Shown: piece by piece, positions 58,097 to 64,000 of the stretch
How the letters are laid out: each line of letters opens with the position of its first letter
How positions within the stretch are numbered: the first letter of the stretch is position 1
Source: an uncultured Spirochaetota bacterium
GTDB taxonomy: Bacteria; Spirochaetota; Spirochaetia; SZUA-6; Fen-1364
Direction of reading: 5' to 3'
Length of the DNA stretch: 64,000 nt
Assembly (NCBI GenBank): GCA_963820525.1
Contig: CAWGAA010000002.1
Span: forward strand, 640,001-704,000
The notes under the pieces: generated by a model
The model's database searches: none
Told to the model about the DNA's origin: nothing
What the model saw: the letters and a program-made list of their open reading frames with translations, nothing else
Program-made: the position numbers and the translations under genes

Positions 58097-59245
58097 TTAG
58101 AAAATGAACTCCTTTGTCTCGGTTATGTCGCCTAAAAACCATGTCCCCTTGCTGTCGTTATACCCAGTCCGCGCGTTCACTTTGTAGTACCCCCCTGTGG
58201 CAAGGCCACCGAGATTCTTTCTCATTGGTTCCAAAGGGAAGGCCGCTTCAAGTGACGGGCCTTTCATGGCGTAGTTCCCGTATATCTGGTAGATCATCTC
58301 CCAATGTCCGCTGACCATCCTACCTATCTGGATACGAAAGCGCGTGACCTGGGGGTTGGTATCAAATCTGACCTCAGGAATAACATGGTTCATTCCATAC
58401 ACCAAATCAAGGCCGTACGAGGAACTAAGACTTGTGTCAAAATTGTTCGGATGGAAAAAAGAGCTCGGGGTGACATCCATAATGTCTATTCTCATGTACA
58501 AGTTCTTTTCATCGACCGCGAGGGAAACCTTGTCAATCGCCAAGTTCCTTTTTCCGACCCGCCCTGCGTGAGAAAACGCGGGCAAAATACCGTTCCAATC
58601 ATCGAAGTTGCCATCGATCTTTATTGAGGCTTCCGGCAGTCGATCTCCGTAGCTGAGCGTATCTTTGATAACGACTGTCGCAGGCGCACCAGCAGAGGGC
58701 GCTGCCTGTCCTTCCGCGGCGGCAGCCGGCTGAGAGGCGCTTTCCTTCGGCTGCTCGACGATCTTCGTGCCGGTTTCCTCTCCCACGAGCATCTTCCCGA
58801 CGCGCTGCGCGATTTTCAAAGTGACCGAGGCCTTTCCCTCTTCCTCGTCCGATGCTTGGGAGGTGATTTCTCCCGTCTTTACATCGATCATTTTCGCTGA
58901 GATGAAGTAGGTGCCGGTGAGAAGGGAGACGCGTGCAACCACGACATAGGAGGCGCCAAGCCTTGTTCCAAGCTGCTCGCCGGCTCTGCGTATCTCCGCG
59001 TCGCTCACGAGCCCGGACAACTGGAACTCGATTTCCTTGAGGCTCTGACCGACCGTGGTCCTATCGAGCACGGTAAACTTGCCCGACCTCACCAGCTGCT
59101 CGCTGATCTTTTCGGTGATCCCGATGGCGACGTCCTTGTCCATCTTTTCGGGGAGAATGGTGTCGAGCACGGCTACCTTTGGCAGGGCAGAGAGCATCAT
59201 GGAGAGGAAACAGCCGAAGGTAATCGCGAGCAATTTCGGTTTCAC
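58097..59245 (-). CDS. Exported modular protein: CsgG-like N-terminal domain + DOMON/CBM9-like C-terminal domain
   Basis: Signal peptide; KVAVLD, FTVLDR...EIEFQLSGL, ISAKMIDVKTG; A/P linker; IKIDGNFDDW...DEKNLYMRID. Confidence 0.62.
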   Translation of the reverse strand: MKPKLLAITFGCFLSMMLSALPKVAVLDTILPEKMDKDVAIGITEKISEQLVRSGKFTVLDRTTVGQSLKEIEFQLSGLVSDAEIRRAGEQLGTRLGASYVVVARVSLLTGTYFISAKMIDVKTGEITSQASDEEEGKASVTLKIAQRVGKMLVGEETGTKIVEQPKESASQPAAAAEGQAAPSAGAPATVVIKDTLSYGDRLPEASIKIDGNFDDWNGILPAFSHAGRVGKRNLAIDKVSLAVDEKNLYMRIDIMDVTPSSFFHPNNFDTSLSSSYGLDLVYGMNHVIPEVRFDTNPQVTRFRIQIGRMVSGHWEMIYQIYGNYAMKGPSLEAAFPLEPMRKNLGGLATGGYYKVNARTGYNDSKGTWFLGDITETKEFIF

Positions 59246-59488
59246 TTTATTCTCCTTTATGAGGCTACCGATTATAATCTCCTGTCAGGGCATCTTCAAT
59301 ACAGTCGGCGATACTGCTTGCTTATAGAACAATTCGTTTCCAGAGAGTGCCCTCTCTTGACAAGGCGGTACACCGCAGGATTATATGGTTTCGACCTCCG
59401 TAGCCTCGGGCGCAGCAGTCCGTCGCTGCATAGTGGATGGCGCAGGAACCTGTCCCGACCGCTCACCAGGAGAGTTGGTTTCGTGCGT

Positions 59489-59560
<72 letters not shown>

Positions 59561-59669
59561 ATGGGCTGGAAGCTGAAGATCGTTTCCAGCCCAGTTTTTT
59601 AGAGGAGCGCGGTGAAGGCTCACGACGCGGTTTCCATCCGATCGGCCGGTTCCTCTTTCGAGGGCTCCA

Positions 59670-61115
59670 ATGCCTGAAGGGCTCTCCCTTCCATCCTCCC
59701 TCATCGGCTACGCTGTGCACCTTGTCGGGATCAAGGGCACCGGCATGGCGGCCCTCGCCGAAGTGCTTGCGGCGCGGGGCGCGCGGGTCACCGGCTCTGA
59801 CACCACTGAAACCTTCTACACCGACGCCATTCTCCGCCGTCTCGGCATCCCCTTCGCGGAGGGGTTTCGAGAGTCCAACCTCCCCGCAGGCGCCCGGTTG
59901 GTAGTGCACTCCGCCGCTTACAGGCAGGACGAGAATCCCGAGCTGATCGCCGCTCTCCGCCGGGGCATCCCCACGATCCTCTACCCCGAAGCCCTCGGAC
60001 TTCTCTCGAAGGCTTCGGATTCCAGCGGCGTGAGCGGCGTCCACGGCAAATCGACGACAACCGCCCTCTGCGGCGTTCTGCTCAAGGAGTGGAAGCTCCC
60101 CGCCACGGTTCTTGTCGGAACCGAGGTCCCCGTTTTCGGCGGCAGGTCCACCCTCGTTCAGGGCGAAAGGTACCTCGTGGCCGAAACCTGCGAGTACAGG
60201 CGGCACTTCCTCCACTTTCATCCCCGGCGGATCGTCATCACGAGCATCGAGCCGGATCATCTCGACTACTTCCGCGATCTCGATGACATCCTCGACGCAT
60301 TCCAGAGTTATGCCGAGACCCTTCCGCACGGCGGGACCGTCGTCTACTGCGCCGACGACCAGGGGGCCAGCGCTGTAGCCGAGCGGATCGCGCGGCGGCG
60401 CCCGGACCTTTCCCTGATTCCTTACGGCAGGACGGCTTCGGGGGACTTCCGCCTGACGAGCATCGAGGTGGGGCAGGGGGCAACGCGGTTCACGCTGGCG
60501 GGGTGCAAAAGGGCTTTCAGCCTCAAGGTGCCGGGTGAGCATACGGCGCTCAATTCAGCGGCAGCCTTCGCCCTCTGCCGGGAGCTGTGGCGGATGGAGA
60601 GGGGCGGAGCGGAGCCCGACCTCGACGCGGTGGATGCGGCCTTCGCATCGTATACGGGCAGCCGCCGCAGGAGCGAGATCGTTGGGGAAGCGGGAGGGAT
60701 CCTCTTCCTGGACGACTATGCCCACCATCCCACCGCCGTGGAAAAGACCCTTTCGGGCTTTCGCTCTTTCTACCCCGGGCGAAGGATCGTCGTGGATTTC
60801 ATGTCTCACACATATTCGCGCACAAAGGCCCTGCTGGGCGGCTTTGGCCGGTGTTTCTCCGCGGCGGACGAGGTGATACTGCACAAGATCTATGCCTCGG
60901 CGCGTGAAAGCGGCGCCGGAAGCGTGAAGGGCAGGGACCTCTTCGCCGAGGTTGCGAAGAACCATCCCCGTGTCTCGTACTTCGAAGAGCCGGCCGAGGC
61001 TGAGCCGTACCTGAGAAAGGCTCTCGGCGCCGGAGACATTTTCGTCACCATGGGCGCGGGAGACAACTGGAAGCTGGGCCGCGAGCTGTTGAGGCACTTC
61101 GAGGGCACACAATGA
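59670..61115 (+). CDS. murC: UDP-N-acetylmuramate--L-alanine ligase
   Basis: GIKGTGM, GVHGKSTTT, ETCEY, DHLD, DDYAHHP, HTYSRT, MGAGD. Confidence 0.95.
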   Translation: MPEGLSLPSSLIGYAVHLVGIKGTGMAALAEVLAARGARVTGSDTTETFYTDAILRRLGIPFAEGFRESNLPAGARLVVHSAAYRQDENPELIAALRRGIPTILYPEALGLLSKASDSSGVSGVHGKSTTTALCGVLLKEWKLPATVLVGTEVPVFGGRSTLVQGERYLVAETCEYRRHFLHFHPRRIVITSIEPDHLDYFRDLDDILDAFQSYAETLPHGGTVVYCADDQGASAVAERIARRRPDLSLIPYGRTASGDFRLTSIEVGQGATRFTLAGCKRAFSLKVPGEHTALNSAAAFALCRELWRMERGGAEPDLDAVDAAFASYTGSRRRSEIVGEAGGILFLDDYAHHPTAVEKTLSGFRSFYPGRRIVVDFMSHTYSRTKALLGGFGRCFSAADEVILHKIYASARESGAGSVKGRDLFAEVAKNHPRVSYFEEPAEAEPYLRKALGAGDIFVTMGAGDNWKLGRELLRHFEGTQ

Positions 61116-61978
61116 CGAGCATGACGGGCTTCGGGCATGGGGAGCTTCAGGACGGCCGCGTCCGCGCGACGCTGGAGCTCCGTTCCTACAACAACCGCTA
61201 CCTCGATCTTTTTCTCAACCTTCCCGTGAGCCTCAAGGTCTTCGAGCCGCGGCTTCGGGAGTATCTCTCGGCGCGAATACAGCGGGGGAAGGTCGAGATG
61301 TACCTCGGCGTGTCGGAGCTGGAAGAGGATCTGGAGGTTACGGTAGACGCCGGCCGCGCCCGAGCCTACCTGGAAGCCCTGACGCGGCTGAAAAAGCTCG
61401 CGGGAATACGGGACAGGGTCCGCCTCTCGCACCTCGTGGAGTTGGAAGGGATACTCAAGACGGAGAGCCGCAGGGACCCCGAGACTCTCTGGACGCTCGT
61501 CCTGCCGCTCCTCGACAGGGTCTTCGAGGAGTTCCAGGAATCGCGCCGTGCCGAGGGAAAGAAGACGGAAGAGGATATCCATCGGCTCGCCCTGGAGATC
61601 CGCGATCGCGTTCGCTCCATTGAGGCAGTCGTGCCGAAGATCGAGGAGAAAATCGTCACGGCGCTTCGCGAGAGGTTCCGCCAGCTCCTGGGGGAAGGGG
61701 TGGAGGAATCCCGGATCCTGGCGGAAACGGCCGTAACGCTCATGAAGTTCGACATCAACGAGGAGATCCAGAGGATGAAGGCCCACCTGGAGAGCCTCTT
61801 CGAGGCCGTCGGCCGGGAAGGCGGCCACGGCAAGAGGCTCGATTTCGTCTGTCAGGAGCTTGGACGGGAGATCAACACGATCGGCTCGAAGAGCATGATG
61901 CTGGAGATTGACCAGGCTGTGATCGCCGTCAAGGACGGCCTGGAGAAGATCCGGGAGCAGCTTCGCAATGTCGAGTAG
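61112..61978 (+). CDS. yicC: YicC/YloC family endoribonuclease
   Basis: SMTGFG, SYNNRYLD, RGKVE, DINEEIQR, GKRLDF..QE..REINTIGSK, REQLRNVE. Confidence 0.93.
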   Translation: MTSMTGFGHGELQDGRVRATLELRSYNNRYLDLFLNLPVSLKVFEPRLREYLSARIQRGKVEMYLGVSELEEDLEVTVDAGRARAYLEALTRLKKLAGIRDRVRLSHLVELEGILKTESRRDPETLWTLVLPLLDRVFEEFQESRRAEGKKTEEDIHRLALEIRDRVRSIEAVVPKIEEKIVTALRERFRQLLGEGVEESRILAETAVTLMKFDINEEIQRMKAHLESLFEAVGREGGHGKRLDFVCQELGREINTIGSKSMMLEIDQAVIAVKDGLEKIREQLRNVE

Positions 61979-62498
61979 CCTGCGGATCGCGATATCGGGA
62001 AAGAGCGGGTGCGGCAACACCACCGTCTCCCGGATGGTGGCCTCCCGGCTCGGTCTTCGCGTGATCAACTATACCTTCAAAGACCTGGCGCGGGAAAAAG
62101 GGATGAGCTTCGAAGAGCTTGCCCGCAGGGCGGAGACGGACCCGCAATACGATATTTCCCTGGACAAGATGCAGGTGGAGATGGCCAGGGACGGCGGGTG
62201 CGTGCTGGGCTCGAGGCTGGCAATCTGGCTTCTGCGCGATTCCGCTTTCACCGTGTACCTGGAGGCCGCGCTGGCGGTGCGGGCCGGACGCATCGCGAAG
62301 CGGGAGGGCCAGGATCCGGCCACGGCCCTCTCCCTCACCGAGGCGCGCGACAGGAGGGACAGGGAGCGCTACCTCAGGCTCTACGGCTACGACGTGGACG
62401 ACTACAGCTTCGCTTCCCTCGTGATAGACACGGAGAGCCTGGACGCCGAGGGGGTTTCGCGCCTCATCATAGAGAATGTCAATACGATCGGCGCCTGA
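61968..62498 (+). CDS. cmk: Cytidylate kinase (archaeal-type (d)CMP kinase)
   Basis: ISGKSGCGNTT P-loop variant, SRLA.W, RIAKRE, RD..D..RY..LYG. Confidence 0.85.
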   Translation: MSSSLRIAISGKSGCGNTTVSRMVASRLGLRVINYTFKDLAREKGMSFEELARRAETDPQYDISLDKMQVEMARDGGCVLGSRLAIWLLRDSAFTVYLEAALAVRAGRIAKREGQDPATALSLTEARDRRDRERYLRLYGYDVDDYSFASLVIDTESLDAEGVSRLIIENVNTIGA

Positions 62499-62519
62499 GA
62501 AGCGGCGGAAAGACTCATC

Positions 62520-62548
62520 TTGATTCTCTATTGAAAAAACCCTATACT
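62520..62548 (+). promoter_or_regulatory. Internal promoter of rpoZ-miaA
   Basis: TTGATT-17 nt-TATACT, 9 nt upstream of the rpoZ ATG. Confidence 0.6.
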
Positions 62549-62557
62549 CATCATTCT

Positions 62558-62749
62558 ATGGTATTGCCACTGGACCTCTTGACAAGCTTTCAGGGAAACG
62601 TATACGCGCTCACCTGCGCGGCCATGAAGCGCAGCATCCAGATCAACCTCGCGGGAGACGAGGAGCTCGACCAGAACAGGGGAAAGGTCGTCTCCACGGC
62701 CCTCAAGCAGATCCTCACGGGGAAGGTCAAGTATCGGCCGGAAGCCTGA
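62558..62749 (+). CDS. rpoZ: RNA polymerase omega subunit (spirochaete type)
   Basis: 63 aa MVLPLDLL...NVYALTCAAMKRS.QI...KVVSTALKQIL.GKVKY; position between cmk and miaA. Confidence 0.82.
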   Translation: MVLPLDLLTSFQGNVYALTCAAMKRSIQINLAGDEELDQNRGKVVSTALKQILTGKVKYRPEA

Positions 62750-62759
62750 GCCAGCGCGC

Positions 62760-63713
62760 GTCATTGTCCTCTTCGGCCCGACGGGGGTCGGAAAATCAGA
62801 AACGCTCCTTTCGCTGCTCGATGGTCGATTCGAGGTGATCAATGCAGATTCCATGCAGGCCTACCGGCACATGGATATCGGAACCGCGAAGCCGCCCGCC
62901 GAGGCGCTGGCGCGGCTGCCCCACCACCTCGTATCGTTCCTCGATCCCTCTGACCAGTACAATGCCGGGCAGTTCGTCACGCGGGCCGAATCTCTTGCCG
63001 CCGACATCCTTTCGCGGGGGAAGATCCCCGTGATCTGCGGCGGAACGGCCTTCTATATCCGGAGCTTCCTCTTCGGCCTGCCGGAGTCTCCGCAGGGCTC
63101 ACCAGAAATCCGCGCGCGGTTCCGCGAGCGGGAAAGGCACGCGGGGCATCGCGTGCTCTACGAGGAGCTCACACGCCGCGACCCGGAGGCGGCGCGGCGC
63201 ATCCCGCAGGATGATCGCTACCGCATCGTGCGCGCCCTTGAGATCCTCGAGGCGACGGGGCGTTCGATGTTCTCGTTCCGCTGGCCGCGAACGCTTCGCC
63301 CGGGATACGAGTTTCTGACAATCGGCCTGGACCGGCGACGGGATGAGCTGTACAGCCGGATCGATTCCCGCGTCGAGCGGATGTTCGAGGAAGGCCTCGT
63401 GGATGAGGTGCGCAGGCTGATCGCCATGGGGTACGGGCCGATGGACCCGGGGATGCGGGGGATCGGGTATCGCGAGTTCTTCGAGATGCAGAGGGGCTGC
63501 CTCTCGCTCGCCGACGTGAAGCTTTCCATCCAGCGGAACTCCCGCAGGTATGCCAAGCGTCAGATCACTTTTTTCAAGCCCGTGCCGGGCGTTCGATGGG
63601 TGAGCCCTGAGGATCTCGCGGTCCTCCGCTCGCTCATCGAGTCGTTCATCGAGGGCGGTCCCGGCCTGCCTCATGCCGAGCTACTTGACCATGGGCAGGG
63701 AAACTCTGCATAG
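62760..63713 (+). CDS. miaA: tRNA dimethylallyltransferase (start codon unresolved; homology begins about 62760)
   Basis: VIVLFGPTGVGKS, INADSMQAYRHMDIGTAKP, PHHL, GGTAFY, IGYRE, YAKRQITFF. Confidence 0.93.
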   Translation, partial: VIVLFGPTGVGKSETLLSLLDGRFEVINADSMQAYRHMDIGTAKPPAEALARLPHHLVSFLDPSDQYNAGQFVTRAESLAADILSRGKIPVICGGTAFYIRSFLFGLPESPQGSPEIRARFRERERHAGHRVLYEELTRRDPEAARRIPQDDRYRIVRALEILEATGRSMFSFRWPRTLRPGYEFLTIGLDRRRDELYSRIDSRVERMFEEGLVDEVRRLIAMGYGPMDPGMRGIGYREFFEMQRGCLSLADVKLSIQRNSRRYAKRQITFFKPVPGVRWVSPEDLAVLRSLIESFIEGGPGLPHAELLDHGQGNSA

Positions 63714-63792
63714 TGGTGGTCAGGAAATATGTGCGCGGCCGGCAATCGTCAAGCGATCGCGCATCTCCATAACCCGAAAGGAGTAGGCACCA

Positions 63793-63888
63793 GTGCCCTG
63801 TGGTAGGAAGAGAAAGCGACATAAGATAGCCACGCATAAAAGGAAGAAGAAGCTTCGCGCCAATCGCCACAAGAAGAAGCTGCGGTAG
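63793..63888 (+). CDS. Small basic protein, AURKAIP1/COX24 (DUF1713)/bS22-like (MPCGRKRKRHKIATHKRKKKLRANRHKKKLR)
   Basis: GTG start after RBS aaaggag; KRKRHKIATHKRKK.LR..RHK signature; absent from the ORF track. Confidence 0.85.
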   Translation: MPCGRKRKRHKIATHKRKKKLRANRHKKKLR

Positions 63889-63913
63889 AGGCGGGTTCGG
63901 CGGAGGGCGTTCT

Positions 63914-64000
63914 GTGAAACCGCTCGTGATTCTTTCCTTTCTCTTGCTGTGGAGCGCGCCGCAGGCGCGCTCTGATAGCCTCTGGAGCCCGGACTTCAAG
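63914..64000 (+). CDS. Exported protein, 5' partial (possibly FlgH-like)
   Basis: GTG after ggagg; signal peptide MKPLVILSFLLLWSAPQARS followed by DSLW; truncated by the window edge. Confidence 0.45.
   Translation, partial: MKPLVILSFLLLWSAPQARSDSLWSPDFK

Noticed and set aside
59380..59400. GGTTTCGAC resembling the tmRNA 5' motif
   Set aside because: No GGGG acceptor stem, tag ORF or matching 3' tRNA-like end; it overlaps the tRNA-Glu promoter region.

Overview
GC-rich bacterial chromosomal window, most likely from a free-living Spirochaetota. The evidence is the murC-yicC-cmk-rpoZ-miaA-small basic protein run, the CAAX protease/PilZ/HEAT/comEC/rsmA block with pta nearby, and spirochaete-style lipoproteins. 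Layout: (1) 1-13.2 kb is an IclR-associated sugar/polyol catabolic cluster (ABC transporter, three SDRs, D-2-hydroxyacid dehydrogenase, FGGY kinase, Zn-dehydrogenase, ureidoglycolate-lyase-like protein) whose three promoters share a TATTTnAAATA palindrome. (2) 13.2-20.4 kb is an accessory block: a yybP-ykoY (Mn2+) riboswitch in front of an ArsB/NhaD/SLC13-type permease, a tightly coupled cytoplasmic thermolysin-like metallopeptidase + MBL-fold hydrolase operon (candidate protease-activated conflict/defence system), a PAP2 protein, glutathione peroxidase and an MDR oxidoreductase. (3) An ilvB-ilvN-leuA-leuC-leuD-cimA-DRTGG operon preceded by an unannotated Leu/Ile/Val-rich leader peptide and attenuator. 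(4) HDOD, PAS/HD-GYP and MCP signalling genes. (5) fabZ, accBCDA and a serine-palmitoyltransferase-like gene; accC and the SPT-like gene each carry a frameshift, probably an assembly error. (6) Housekeeping genes, tRNA-Lys(TTT) and tRNA-Glu(TTC) flanking two accessory genes, rpoZ, miaA without a canonical start codon, and a 31-aa bS22/AURKAIP1-like small protein. No transposases, integrases, prophage genes or CRISPR arrays were seen. All calls come from motif recognition by eye; no database searches were run.
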